DNA of 64,000 nt from the human T2T-CHM13v2.0 reference genome, Homo sapiens: the NCBI RefSeq assembly GCF_009914755.1, contig NC_060940.1. One strand, 5' to 3'. Both the position numbers and the translations under genes were made by a program. Shown one piece after another: positions 1-19,915 of this stretch. Numbering within the stretch: position 1 is the first letter of the stretch; every line of letters begins with the position of its first letter. The notes under the pieces are model-generated. The model did no database searches and had not been told where the DNA came from. It saw nothing but the letters and a program-made list of their open reading frames with translations.

Positions 1-452
1 ATTTAGCCCTTCCTGAGAAAATAGCAACATCCAGGGGCTCATCAGACCCTGAAATGACAGAGAAAATGGCAAGCATCTTAAGTATAAGAGCTCCCTTCTT
101 TATCAATGCAAACCTCAGAAAAAAAGGAGACTTATTTGGGTCTTTAGTGACTTTGGTTTACGTTTTTCTCCATAGCAACTGGGCCAAATATTGCACTAAC
201 TGAATACTCCATGGGTCAAGTGCCTACAAGTTAGTGGACACCTCCGGAAAAAAACGCAGTCACAGAGTAAATTCAGGAAATCCTATTATGTCAGTAGTTC
301 ACCGGACAACTGGCATCCGCTTCTGATTATTTTTCTCCTGGTTACCAAATCCCTCATCAGTTAAAGCCAATGAGTTTTTAACATCCTAAGACAGAAATGA
401 GGTTATAACACTCACATGGAGATAATTCTTAAAGGGAATATATTTAGCCACC

Positions 453-737
<285 letters not shown>

Positions 738-3700
738 AGCCACATTTTTAATATACAATATCATCCTTCCCTCGTCAGAAGTAGTACAACATTATCGTGC
801 AGAATATCATTTTTATTAAAGCTGAGGTATTTGTTACAAGTGGTGCAATACCCTTCATACCATATGTTTTCCCATGTGGACAAAATTTATTTGGAGTTTG
901 CCTGCTGGAGGAAATTTAAATACCAGTAAATTGATGGTGATTTAAAAAAATAAATACTTATAAACGTTCCTTTTTTAACTAACCATTACTGACAGAAACC
1001 TTACAATCCAGGGATCTAATTCTCTGGAAGTAGCCACGAAGAGAGGAATTTTAGCAAAAACCTCACAATGAAACTCATAGCTCAAGACTCACTTTCCAGC
1101 CCAATGAAGAGACAGGGGGTGGGAGAGGGAGGGAGCATGACTTTTAAAAGCTAGCAATCTGGCAGGAAGTTGAATGAATTTTCCCTCCTCCTTTAGGAAG
1201 GGAGGCAGGACAAAAGGCAGGGTTTTCGCAGCAATTTTCATTTTTCAGTCATTTGCAGGAAAGCCCAACCAGTCTGATTAACATTCAGCCATCTGTCTGA
1301 ACACAAAAGCCTGCAACGTGCAACATTTAAGTTCTACGGATAGCTTTAACATGTTATCAATTAAACAAGTTTTCCTTCCACTGTAGTTTTTGGACTTAAA
1401 TCTGATTTCTATTTATTGGGGTGGGAGAAGATGAGAAGAAAGAGTGGGAAGAGAGAATCTGAATTACGACTTTATCAGACCCAAGTTAAATGTCATCAGA
1501 TTACAACTCTGCAGAATTGACTCCCTGGGTCGCCAGGAGACCAAAGGAAGCCAAGATTGACAATGTACAGATTCAAATGCATTTTCTTCATTATCAACCC
1601 CACAAAAAGAAGAGGGATAATAAGGGACATATGTAAACTTTATATACGCAGATATCTTGCTGGTTGGAGAAGGCTGCCTGCTACGTAATTTATCCTGAAA
1701 TATTTCCTTTAAAAAAAAAAAGAGAGAGAGAGAGAAAAAAGAAAAAAATGCAACTAGGTTTTACTGTCCCAGCAAGGGTATGACAGCAACAATTTACAAT
1801 TTTCCTCCATCTCATTCTCCCCTCCTCCCTCCTCTGCCTCTCCACTCACCATCTATTCTCCATTTCCTGACAACTTCTCATCACGTTAGTTCATGCCTAA
1901 TCTAAAATGGTGGTGGGTGAAGGAATTTTTTTAAAAAAATAAGATAGAAAAAGGAAAAGGGAGACAATATGATTAGAAGGAGGACAGGAGAAAGAGCAAG
2001 ATTGAGAGAGACGGAGAGACTGTCAACGCCCAAGTCTGCATTTGCCTATTTAAATGCAATCCTGCAGCCCTGGCTGAGCTATGCAATAGATGGGCTGCGT
2101 TATGAATTTCTGATCAGACAATGATAGGTTATGAGAGGAGACGTAATCCCATTGAGAAAGCTTTTTCTTCCAAGCAGGGGCAAGTGATACCTACCCCAGA
2201 GAGACAGCTCCTTGCTTTGCCCTCTATGTGTATGTAAGTATGTGTGAAAACATATATAAATTTCTGCCTTTCTTTAAAAATAAAAAGTCAAAATAAACAT
2301 TTTATGATGATAAATGTGCAGTATTAATTGACAGTCACATCTGAAACAGGAATGTTCCCTGGCAAATCAGACTCACCTACCACATAAACTGCATTTTTTT
2401 TTTGTTTTTTGAACCTGATTAGAATTCTCTCCTGTGCTCATCTCATTTTTTTGTACCTGTATTCGTGATCTAAAGAGAAAGCGAAAAGATTGAAAACCAC
2501 CAACAACACTGGTGGTGTTTTGAGTATATTCTATGGCTTGCTTCCCTTTCAATATTTTGTATTTACCTAAAAAAAAAACTCATACATATACAATGAATAA
2601 TATATTTCATGTACAGTACTCAATGGAAGAAACCAATCTTAAAGTTTTTTTTTTTTTTACATTTCCACGCATGTGAAACAATACTTTCAATTGCTTTATG
2701 AAGTAATTATAGGCAGTTAATTACTCTAGCTGTAGTTAAGCATCACACTAACCAAGAGGTTTGTAGGTTAATTGAAACTTGCGTAATAGAGACAGGGTAT
2801 TAAGTATTCCAAGTCAGGATTTTGCAACAGCTCTTGGCTACTGTGCAGTAAAAAGTTAGGAACCGTACATCTAGTACTTCTAGGATCTGGGGCTGCTGGA
2901 GCAAGTACATGAGCCTCCCTGCACCAGATGCAGACACACACAAGAGACCAGTACCCATTTACAAGCAGAGAAAGAGGCTACTCCAAGTTATACGAATGTC
3001 ATGGAAAGAATAACAGACAAGAGAGGTGTTTATGAATGAAAGCAGGGTAAGCTTAAAATGTAAGAATTGTCATCACATTTAAAAGAAGGCAGTTGGACTT
3101 CGTCCCTATCCTGTTTTAAGTGACATCACACGGAGTGAACAGCATCTTACAGTCTTGTTTTTCTTCTTTTGCCAGGAGGCATCCCAGGACCTAATGGAAA
3201 TTCACAGCCAGAGGAGGGTTACTGGTCTACGTTTTACGTAATGTTCATCTTACCACAGGGACTCACTGTGGGCAGAATACAGCATGCCATTTCACCCAGA
3301 GTCCTCTAAGTCAGTTTTTTTGTTTGTTTGTTTGGGGGAAGGGGCGAGGTTGTTTAAAACAACATTTCTTTCACGATTTAGGGATATTTTTTCTTCTCCT
3401 TATAAGTGCTCCAATTCTTAATTATGATCTACAAGAGCAAAATTGCAAAAGCCTATCAGTACCATTCTGCCTTTTGAAATGCCGTGTTTCTTACGTTCAA
3501 CTTCTGTTGCACGTACATGTCAGGGTAACTTCAGTTCTCTTTACCCTCTAAGCTGTAATGGATCCATTAAGCGAGTGAGGATATGCGGGTGGGTAGTGGG
3601 ATGGGGGGTTCATCTGAGAGTGCAAATTATTTACCTGATTTAGATTGATTAAAGTCAGGCATGCTGTCTGCATTTCACCATCTTTTTAAAATGGGGAACC

Positions 3701-4444
3701 TGCCCTGAAAGAATATTATGTAAATCTTTCTGTCACAGATTAGTGCCTCTATACATGACTTCCACAATGTGCATCTGCCTTCTGTGCAAGCTTATTACGT
3801 ACACACACACAGTTTCCAATTTTTAACCTCCCGTCCTGCCCATTCTCTTCCTTCCCCCAACGCTCATTATGGGAAAATTACCTCAAACAGGACACTACTG
3901 GTTGCCTTCCATTCTATTTACATAATTGCTGTTTTGTTGCTTTTCTTTTTCATAAGTGGAAATTTTGTTCCCCAAAGGAATAGCATCGATGTTGAAGTGA
4001 CAAAATGGAGTTTCCACTCGGGGTGGCAAATGGAGAGGAGCTTCTAGCAACATGTTCTGGGGCACTCTGTGCTCACCAGGTTGCAAGTTGTTCTGAGGAT
4101 TACAGGCAGAGGTTTTCGTGATGGTGGCAACCCACTGGAAAAAATTCCTAGGCCAGGGATGGTAAGCTTCTGAGAACCACGAAAATAGCTGGGCTAGGAC
4201 CGATGCCTCCTGAGGGTTTAATACAGCACTATGCCAAATCTGAAATGAACTGATCTAACTTTCATTCATAATTAACATCAACATTTATATACATGTGAAT
4301 AAACAGAAAACTACTTCTTTAAGAAACTTTTGTGAGAAAGTAAATTTCAAAAGAAGCAACTTTGTAGCTTCCATGTTGACACTCTGGATTCTGTGACTTC
4401 CATATTAGGTACTACAAGACAAATAAAAAATACGTGAGGTACAC

Positions 4445-6240
4445 TCATGCATTTTTTAACCATGAAGTATATCACATATACAGAAAAGCATAAAATATGT
4501 ATGTTCAGTATGAATGTGCGTAATGATCTCCCTTTCTGGTTTTAATTTGTAGTACCCTGATTACCAGTGGGGTTAAGCATTTTTTTCATATGTTTATTAG
4601 CCAGTGGGGTTTGTCCTTTTGTGAAGGGTCTATTGGATTCGTCTTTTTCTTATTCCTTTGCCAGAATTCTTTATATTTTCTGGATACTACTTATTTGTCA
4701 CTTGAATATATTGCAAATATCTCTCCCCATGAGATGGTTTTACTTCTCACTCTCTTTACGGTATCTTATGATGAATGTTAAGTTATTAATTTTAATGTAG
4801 TTCTATTTATTACATCTATCCCTTATGGTTAGTGTTTTTGTGCCTTGGTTAAGAAAATTTCCCCTATCCTGAGGTCATGAATAATTATCTTATAAAAGCT
4901 TTATTGCTTTGTCTATTACATCTTTAGGGCTTTGTTCCACTTGGAATTGGTTATTTTGTATACCATAAGGTAGAGGTCTAATTTCTTTTTTGTTCATACA
5001 GATCACCAATTGTCCTAGCATCATTTACTTAAAGTTTTCTCCTTTCCCCTCAAGTCTATATATGAAATGTATAAACATAGGTTGGTCTATTTCTCAGTTT
5101 TCTATTCTGTTCCATCGGCCTGTTTATACCTATACCATTTCTACACTTGTATCAATGTGGTCCAGTGATATATCTTGACATCTGGTAAGGAAGTTCCCAA
5201 ACATATTTTCTTTTAAAAGCTTCCTGGCAACACTTCATCCTTTGCATTTCTACCGACATTTCTTGTATCAATTTGGAATTTTGATTGAGAGTGCACTGAA
5301 CCTGTAGATCAGTTTTGGGAGAACTGTTATCATTCATGAACATGCCATATTTCTCCACATATTCAGATCCTCTTGAAAGTTGTTCAATAAAATTCGATTT
5401 TCAGATAACAGGCTTTATACAACTTTGATTAGACTTATTCCTACGTTCTTTATATTTTTGATACACTTAGAAATGGTATATACATAAAAATTTATTTTCT
5501 ATTTGTTACTAATATATAGCAATGTGGTTTATTTTTCCATATTTATTGTGTTTTCAGCAACCTTGCTGAGTCTTTACTAATTTAATTAATTTTTCAATTG
5601 ATTCTTTTGGATTTTCTACGTTCACAATATAATCATCTATGAAGAATGATAGTTTCATTTCTTCCTCTATGATCCTATACATTTTATTTCTTTTTCCTGC
5701 CGTGTCACACTGGCTAGGACCTCCAGTGCTGTGTTCAATCAAGTGACGATAGATACACATTTATCTTTTTTCTGATCTCAAAGGGAAAGTCTTTTACTGT
5801 TTAGCCATTAAGAATGATGGTTTTTGCAGGTTTTTCTTAGATATTAGTTATCAGATAAAAAGATGTTTCTTTTTATTCCTAGTTTGCTAAAAACTCTTAC
5901 ATTGGCTATAATACATTTTATCAAATTCTTTTTCTGAAACTATTTAAATTATTATATGTTTTTCTCTTTTAAACAATAATGTATAACTAATTATATATTA
6001 ATTGATTTTCTAATGTTAAACCAACATTGCATGCCAGGAACTAGGCCAGGTCATAAAACAGTATCCTTTACACAAATTGTTACCTTTATACAAATTGCTA
6101 ACATCTTGTTTTTGATTTTGCATCTGTGTTTCTGAGAGAGATAGGCTGTTGTTTTCCCTTTCTCACACCATCCTTGTTGGGTCTTGCTATCAAGGTTATG
6201 CTAGCCTCCTACAATGAGTTAGGTGACGTCTTCAATACTT
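4445..6240 (-). mobile_element. Old LINE-1 (L1M/L1ME-type) ORF2-to-3' fragment
   Basis: T-rich antisense L1 motifs (ttttaatttg...agcattttttcatatgtttatt; gctaggacctccagt...; ttgctatcaaggttatgct); ORF 5554..5760 resembles degenerate ORF2. Confidence 0.85.
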
Positions 6241-6304
6241 TGCCATTGGAATTAAGAAACTGATGGCAGAAAACCAGTGATGTCTTGATTTTATTTTCCC
6301 CCCA

Positions 6305-6586
6305 AGATACACCTTCACTCTGTCGTCAAGGCTGGAGTGCAGTGGCACCAACTCGGCTCACTGCAACCTGTGCCTTTTGGGTTCAAGCGATTGTACTGCC
6401 TCAGCCCCCAGTAGCTGGAACTACAGGCACGCACCACCACACCCTGCTAATATTTTGGTTTTTTGGTAGAGACAGGGTTTTGCCATGTTGCCCAGGCTGG
6501 TCTCGAACTCCAGACCTCAGTTATCCGCCCACCTCGGCTTCCCAGAGTGCTGGGATTACAGGCATGAGCCACCGCACCCTGACGCC
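6305..6586 (-). mobile_element. Alu (AluJ/S-like)
   Basis: Antisense Alu dimer sequence. Confidence 0.93.
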
Positions 6587-6634
6587 TTGAATATTTCAAC
6601 CCAGTTTCCCCTCCCTGTTTCTTCTTCCTCCCTG

Positions 6635-7270
6635 AATTAGTCAAGGCTCAGTCAGAAAACATAAACTATACCAGTTAACATAACAGAAAATTTCACATAA
6701 AGAATTGTTAACTGAGTGGAAAGAACTGTTAACCAGCTAACCGAAAAGATAAAAAGAACCCTAATATTTCAAGTAAGTGCCAACCACCCCATGACTAGGA
6801 GAATAAAGAGAAGAGGTTGGAATTATTAAAACTAGGGGTTTTGGAGAAGGAGCCCAACTCGGGGCTCTGAGGAGGCAGTGCTAGGTGGCTGGCACTGGTC
6901 TACCTGAATGCAACATGATGAAGCTGGTCCTGAAGATGTCAGGAAAACCTCAGATGGGATTCCACTGCCACTGTGGGAAGAAACTTCCACAGACAGAGTG
7001 GCAAAATGATGCTGGAATGAGGCTCACTGGGAAAAAAAAAAGAAGCTGATGGGAAATACACACACACAAAAAAAAGCAGACCATAAGAGCATGACATTTT
7101 TTTCTCTCCACCTTTCACTATCCTTCTAGTGGACCCTATTGGCAGAGCTTCATAGGGAGCCTGCTGGCCAAGCAAACATGGGGGTTGCAGGGCTCTAGCC
7201 CCTGGAATCACAAAGCGGGGTATGTAAGGTTGGGTTTCGAGCTGAAAGACAATGGCTTCATAAATGGCGC
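6635..7270 (-). mobile_element. ERVL solo LTR, LTR41-like
   Basis: Reverse complement begins tgcgccatttatgaagccattgtctttcagctc...ctctgccaatagggtccactagaagg, matching the LTR41 5' end as I remember it. Confidence 0.7.
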
Positions 7271-7399
7271 AATACTAAAAATGGTGACTCACAAGTGATG
7301 CTTGCCAGAGAAGACAAACATTTTCTTACCAATGATGGAATCCACCTCTACCACCTAGAAACTTAACAGCAATGCTGAGAATCTGGATGATGAATCCAT

Positions 7400-7768
7400 T
7401 GTGTCACATGAGCTCATGCAAACCAATGGATGCTTCAGTCAACAGAAAATTAACAAACATGATGCATTCAGAGGCTCAAAAAATACTTGCCCTCTCTTGC
7501 TGCTGGGCACCGAAACCACCACATGTGAAATCATGGGTTAGCCTCCTGGAAAATGAGACCACATGGAAAAAGATCCCATTAAACTCAGTATTTCCAGGCA
7601 TTCTACTGGAGGCCACAGACATGTAGAGCCATCCAGCCCCAGTCAAGCCAGCACAGAGCACAGGAATTGCCCAGTTAACTTACAAAAGTAGAAGAAACAA
7701 TAAATGTTCATTGTTTTATATTACTATGTTGTGAGGTAGTTTGTTATGCATCAAAATCTACCTGATAC
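7400..7768 (+). mobile_element. MaLR LTR (MLT1F/G-like)
   Basis: MLT1 3' end: aataaatgttcattgtttta...gtagtttgttatgcatcaaaatctacctgatac. Confidence 0.7.
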
Positions 7769-8298
7769 CGTATATTCCATGTATTAATCAAGCACTGCTC
7801 AGTGCTCACCTCGGTGGATGTAAATGAAGTCACATCAACATCAATCAAACCAAGTTCCTACTCTTACCCCACAAGCCAACAGAGCATCTTATGCTTCTTT
7901 TTCAAAGCCCCTCATCCAGAAGAACATCTGAGAGGATTTAAAGGGAGAGTCTCAGGTGTGCTTGCAAACTCTCTGTTGTACCATCACCATACAGCACCTG
8001 ACATGTTTTGCACTGGCTTGTGAGCCTGCAAAGTTACCTGGGTGAATATCACTGTTGTCACTTGGAATCCATTATGAGGAAGCAAATACCTGAGTCAGGG
8101 GGACTTTCTCCAGATACTCCCAAAGTTTCCACCTCTGAGTGTTCAGAGAATACTCTGGAATTTCCCTTTCCCCAACTCTATACTGTAGTTTTACACCTAG
8201 GCATTAATGAATACAGATTCCTGGAGACACGGATTCTCAGTGTCTCATAAAAGCACCACCTTCAACTTGTGCTTAGCAACTCTAAAAAAAGAGGACAT

Positions 8299-8618
<320 letters not shown>

Positions 8619-9329
8619 TTAACAAGCATCAGTTTTCTAGGACAGTGCTGTTTCAATCAACTTACAAGTAGAAATGTTTCTAGGATGCACTCTATATGTG
8701 CTACAGAATAAACATTAAGTTATCCAGCAGGATTTCCCACACACCAGACCAGTGAAAATTATTAATAGAGCATGGTATTTTTTTTAATAATTAAGGACAA
8801 ATGGTGAGATTTTATATGGCATACGAAATTTAAAATACTATCCATTTCTATAATTTTTTTTTTACTAAGCTGTGTTTTTGGTAATAATATGACTGTGATA
8901 ACTGATACTACTGTTTCTGCCTTTTAACATGCTTCCTTGGTAAAACTAAGAAGTTGAGCTCTATGTTTATCTCCCCATTTTTTTCCAGGAACATACAATC
9001 AAAAACTGTCTAGGAAACACCAATTCAGAATGATTTAATGTATGAGAGCCTGTGGACAAATGTATCTTTGTTTTTATTTAGCCTGTTCAGGTGGATATTT
9101 CTAGAAAAAAAAAATAATGGTATCAGCATCCAAGCGTCCCTCTCTTGCAAGACAGAGAACTGTGTGCCAATGTGACGTGACATTCCCATCCCAGGGGACT
9201 GAGGGCCAAAAGAAAACCTCTAGGAACGATGGCTCAGCTTTGAGATCAAGAAATGGAAAGAATATTGCCTTTTCGCTATGGAGTGATTCGCATAACACAG
9301 AGCACTAGATCTGTTTCACCCAATACTGA

Positions 9330-9674
9330 TGCATTAGCCAGGGTCAAGTCAGAAAATAGAAACACTCTAGGAATTTCAAACAGAAGAACTTAATACAGGG
9401 AATTGATCATACAGTTTTCAAAATGACTGAATGAGTAAAAGGGTGGTGAGGCAACCCAAAGACTAGTAACTAACTAGATAATGCAACGGTCATGACTAGA
9501 GGTGGAAGGTAGAGGTGGTTGTATTACCAGAGCCCAGAAGTGCAGAAGAGTGCTGAACTGCCGTGCTGGGACTATGAGGAGAACCTGACTAAAGCTGAGA
9601 CTGCTGGGTACTACTGAGACCAAGAAAAAGGCTCCAGGCAGTATGTGCTGGAACTGACACACACACATACACAT

Positions 9675-9710
<36 letters not shown>

Positions 9711-9985
9711 CCTTCTATAGCTGCCTGCTGTTGCTGGACAAATGTCAATGGAAGCTGTAAATGAAAATTAAAAAAAAATTTAAAAAAAAGTAACTCCTAC
9801 CTATATTCTGTCTTCCAGTCTCTCCCCAGGATCACCAATTGGTAGGACCTAACTAGAAGCCAGGTGAAATTTGGGAGAAGTCACTTGCAAGGTCCTGGCA
9901 CCCTGACCATACGTAATCATAGAACACAGACGGGTGAGAATGGCGGCTGAAAGCTTTGAGAGCTAACTAGCAAATGACTGACAGT
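9330..9985 (-). mobile_element. ERVL solo LTR (LTR33/LTR41 group) containing a (CA)n
   Basis: Starts gcattagccagggtcaagtcagaaaatagaaacactctagg; same architecture as the 6635-7270 element. Confidence 0.55.
9657..9706. repeat. Interrupted (CA)n microsatellite
   Basis: Direct read. Confidence 0.95.
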
Positions 9986-9989
9986 TGCA

Positions 9990-10127
9990 ATTCATTAAGG
10001 TATGATTGACATACAAAAAGATGTACATATTTAACACATACAAATTTATGAGTTTGCAGTAAGTATGCACCAGTGAAACTACCACCACAATCAATGCCAT
10101 AAACATATCCATCACCTTCAAAAGTTT
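9990..10127 (-). mobile_element. L1MA/MB 3' end fragment
   Basis: ttaaggtatgattgacatacaaaa...accaccacaatcaa...catcaccttcaaaagttt. Confidence 0.7.
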
Positions 10128-10159
10128 AAACTTGTTTTTTTATTGATCTATAATTTTTT

Positions 10160-14535
<4,376 letters not shown>

Positions 14536-14827
14536 TAATGTCTGGCTAATGTGAAAACTATTCAAAAACTGTGACGACTTGGAGAAACAAACTCCAGATC
14601 AGTAAGAAGACATTTATGGATACTAAAGCTACTTGAGTTTTTATCTTGGTGAAAATAATGAGGAATGTGTGCATCCCATATCACAAGATGAAAACAGCTG
14701 AAATTTAGGGGAAGTCATTAATTACATAAACTATTTTTTCTCTTTAATCCTTGAAGCCTACTACTAAAAATGTCTCGTATTTATTTAGTACTATTTTTTA
14801 GATTCCAAAACCATTTCACCTCTTTCT

Positions 14828-14990
14828 CATTTGAGCTCACAGATCTATGAAGTAGATGGGGACGTTATTCCCAATTTACAGGTGAGACTTAGCGAGGTTG
14901 CAGAGTTGCCTAAAGTCACATGGCCACTAAGAAAAAGAAACAGGACTCAAACCCATGTCTTCTGATATCGAAGCCAGGACATTTTCTATT
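14828..14990 (-). mobile_element. MIR
   Basis: cccaatttacaggtgag...gttgcctaaagtcaca...ggactcaaaccca core. Confidence 0.7.
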
Positions 14991-15799
14991 CTACCTCATC
15001 AAAACCACTCTTGCTTGTAATAGTGGCCAAAAGTCCCCACATGATCAATTACAACAGGCTTGACCATGATCCCCTAAAGCTTTCTAAAACCTTCATAATC
15101 GCTCTGGGAAGGGTTATGGTATCTTTCTCCTCTGGTTTCACATTTCTTAAATTCAGTAAAAACCCATGATAGCTATTTGTTGTGCAGACTATTCTAGATA
15201 ATCCAAAGTAATGGTTTTCAAAATGTTTTCCACAGAGCCCTAAGGTGCCTTGGTGTCTACCCTAAGAATCGGATATAGGGCTCAGGGCCTCTCTCTCCTG
15301 CTTAGCCATAAAGTTTCTGCTTATATCTGTTTCATATATTGAATTTCCTTATAGGATTTGATTTGAAAAACTAAGACTGAAATAATATAGAGTCTTTAGT
15401 TGCCTATCAAAGGGGCCAAATTGTTCACTTAAGAGCAGTCCTTTCTGGAATAGAAGACAGAGCTTGCACTTGGCTAGCTTGATGAAGATAGCAGTAATCA
15501 GTAATAAGTAAAGTGGTCTACTACCAACTCTTCTGGTTTAGTCTGACAAGAGATCCCCAAAGTATTTATCCCATCTAATAAGTATATATTGAACACAAAT
15601 ACTGGGAAGGTTTCCACAATAGGGTATAGAAAAGCACATGTTAAACTCTATCCTGTCAGGAAGCTCACAATCTAATGGGAAGACAGAGCACACATCCAAA
15701 CAGCAGCAACAAAAGGAAGAATAGGATGCATGAGAAATGTAAACAATGACTATCAGATCTAGCATACCGGGAAAATCATTTTAAAAATAATAACTGTTA

Positions 15800-16290
<491 letters not shown>

Positions 16291-17625
16291 TATATTAGAT
16301 AAAAAAGTCAGTGGCCCCCTAAGGCCTTCACAAAGAAAAGAAAAGTCAATATAAGGACATGGGGGTGTCTCATGGAACCTGAACGGTGTAAGGCTGGTAG
16401 GTTCAGAAAGGAATTGAAATGAGGAAGAGGAACATGGTAAGGGACACTGGTAGCCCTTTCTGCCCATTGCTTAACTTCTCTATGAATTCTGTCTTCTCCA
16501 CAGTTCCCATAGTAGGAGCAGATGACCGTGACGTAGCTACTGAGTTTACATGGTTCAGGTTCACTTGCTTGAAGACAAAATGTCTAGCTTTACCTGGGTT
16601 CTAATTCCTAACGTTCAGGAAAAAAGCACGTTTAGGTCAGTGCCCACATTCATCCAGTCAACAGTTGGTGGGGAACAAGGGCTTGGTAGCATAGAGAACT
16701 ATGTGGTAGCTTGTGGAAGGTAGAAAAATGTATTCTAGAATGTAGGTGGGTTGAAAGCTTTAAAAAAAAAATACACATTTCCTGCAGAATCTGTCTCAGG
16801 CTCACAGAATTCAAGAGCTGATGACGTTCTTATTGCTAAAGGCTGGCTGTATCTCTTCCTGATCAAGGTAACTGAGAAAAAGAAACTTTGCTAAAAGAAA
16901 AGAAAATTTGATAAACCACACTCCATCACTGTTCCTCTCTGAAAGATACTAACTTCATCAATGTTTGAGCTCTACTGCACAACTAATTTTACCTGAGGTT
17001 AGAATTATACACCCAGAAAGGCCATGTATATATTAATTATAGAGGAACTGGGAAACAAAAATGATAGGTTTAGCTTTGCTATGCTCAGATATATGCATGA
17101 ATGAAGAATGTGCAAACACAGGATTAAAAATTTTATGAACCCTTCCAACCTTTTCTTTGGGTAACCAATATAATCTAGTTAGGGCATGCCATAGGGCTAC
17201 GACATATCAACCTACTCAATTTTCAAGATCAAATTTAAATCTTACGAAGCTCTCTCCAAGAATTCATTGCACTGTAAACATACTCACAAATACACATTGC
17301 ATCAAACATTATACTTAGTAGTGAAACACAGAAAGCATTCCTTTGAAGACAAAAAACAAGGATGACCACTATCACATCTTCTATTAATCATTGTATTGGA
17401 GGTTCTAGTCACTACAGTAAGAAAATAAAATGAATTAAAAGTTATAAGGATTGAAAAAAAACCCTTGTCATTATTAGCAAGATATATGATTATGTACAGA
17501 GAAATTCCAAAAAATTTAGAGATAAACTAGTTGAGCTTTTAAAATTTTATGGATTTCTTTATACTAGCAATAATTTGTTTTTAAAGTAATATTTTAAAAA
17601 GAAACCATATGACATCTCCTTTTAG

Positions 17626-17984
<359 letters not shown>

Positions 17985-18610
17985 TGAGTAGGACATTCTT
18001 AAGGCTTCATTGATCTAACAAGTCATAGAGAGGGTCTCAAAAGATCCAAGACTTCACTCTCTCCACCAAAAACCTTAAGCTGAGGCCACAGCAACATATA
18101 ATGAGGAGGGACAATGTTACTCTGAAAGCAATGCCAGCTGAAGCACCCAGTCAAGACATTGAGACTTGGGCCAACAAGGAAAGAAGTTTAGGCCTGAGAC
18201 TTTTGCCCTCAACTAAGAACCCCAAAATTGGAACCAGATTAGAGGCATCTCTTGGCTACAGAAATAAGAACTACTTCTTTTCTGAAGAAGTATATCTATG
18301 AATTAGGTCTGGAGAACTCTCAATGATTAAGATTAAAAGGTAGATATCACAATAAGATATCAATAAGCATATTATTATAGGAGGCAAGACATTATGAATG
18401 AGAGCCACAGACACAACACATGTAAAAGTTATAGACACTCAAATAATGTAAACACTGCACTTTCAGACACAGAAGACAGCATCTGTGGGCAAAAATGCTT
18501 AAAGAAGTAAGAGCACAGTTACAATGACCAAAAAAAGCAACAAGAGAGTATCAGCAATTAACAGAAATTTGGGAAAAAAATGGAACTCTCAACATTAAAA
18601 TATAGCTTTT

Positions 18611-19033
18611 GAGCACTATTCACAATAGTGAAGACATGGAATCAACCTAGATTATCATTAATGGTAGACCGGATACAGAAAATATGGTACATATACACCA
18701 TGGACTACCACACAGCCATAAAAAATAATGAAATCATGTCATTTGCAGCAACATGGATACAGCTAGAGGCTACTATCCTAAGTGAATTTACACAGGAACA
18801 GAAAACCAAACACTGCATGTTCTCACTCATTAGGAGCTAAACGTCGAGTACACATGGACACTAAGAAGGTAACGACAGACACCAGGGCTTACTTGAGGGT
18901 GAAGGGAGAGAGGAAGATGAGGGCAGAAAAACTACCTGTCAGGCTCTGGGTGATGAAATAATCTGTACACCAAACCCCCGCAATACACAATTTATCCATA
19001 TAATAAACCTGCACAAGTACCCCCAAACCTAAA
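18611..19033 (+). mobile_element. L1 3' end (L1PA15/16-like)
   Basis: ORF2 C-terminus (ORF 18628..18840) plus 3'UTR, followed directly by (TG)n. Confidence 0.85.
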
Positions 19034-19043
19034 TGTGTGTATA

Positions 19044-19088
<45 letters not shown>
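19034..19088. repeat. (TG)n microsatellite
   Basis: Direct read. Confidence 0.95.
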
Positions 19089-19090
<2 letters not shown>

Positions 19091-19582
19091 CTGTTGAAAT
19101 AGAGTACTTAATGGTTGGGTTAAATAGCAGATTCATTGTGGCTGAAGAGAGAATTTATGAAATGGAAAATTCACATGAAGACATTATCAAGAATTTGAAA
19201 ACAAAGAGATGGAGAACATAAGAGAAATGTTAAGAGGTATAAAGGACAGAATAATTGGGTCTAAACTATATCTACGTGGAATACCAGTGAAAGAAAATAG
19301 AGAAACTGCAGGAGAGGAAATTTAAAAAGATAAAGGCTGTGAATTTTTAAGAACTAATGAAAAGCTTGATTCCAGTGATTCTAGAATTATAGCATATTCC
19401 AAGCCAGATAAGTAAGAAACCCGCACCTAAGTACAATGTAGTGAAACTGCAGAATACCAAAAAGAATACCTTAAGAGAAACCATCAAGAACACTAGAAAA
19501 CTAATAAAAGAACATTTAGAATTTACTGACTTCTCAATACCCATAAGAGATAAAGAGAATAATGTTTCAAAGTAATGAAACA

Positions 19583-19618
<36 letters not shown>

Positions 19619-19883
19619 TTGAGACGGAGTCTTGTTTTGTCGCCCAGGCTGGAGTGCACACTGCAACCTCCGTCTCCTGGGTTCAAGTGATTCTCCTGCC
19701 TCAGTCTCCCAAGTAACTGGGATTACAGGCACCCGCCACTGCGCCCGGCTGATTTTTGTATTTTTAGTAGAGACGGGGTTTAACCATCTTGGCCAAGCTG
19801 GTCTCGAACTCCTGACCTCATGATCCACCCGCCTCGGCCTCCCAAAGTGCTCGGATTACAGGCATGAGCCACTACGCCTGGCC
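19583..19883 (-). mobile_element. Alu (AluSg-like) with (TTA)n tail
   Basis: Antisense Alu; tail is an (AAT)n STR; internal deletion after ggagtgca. Confidence 0.95.
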
Positions 19884-19915
19884 TGTATAAGGAACTTCTA
19901 AAAGTATGCCCTTCA

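Noticed and set aside
7126-7145. CTCF motif normally carried by LTR41
   Set aside because: Core reads CCAATAGGGTCCACTAG, with two changes in the conserved GGC, so probably non-functional
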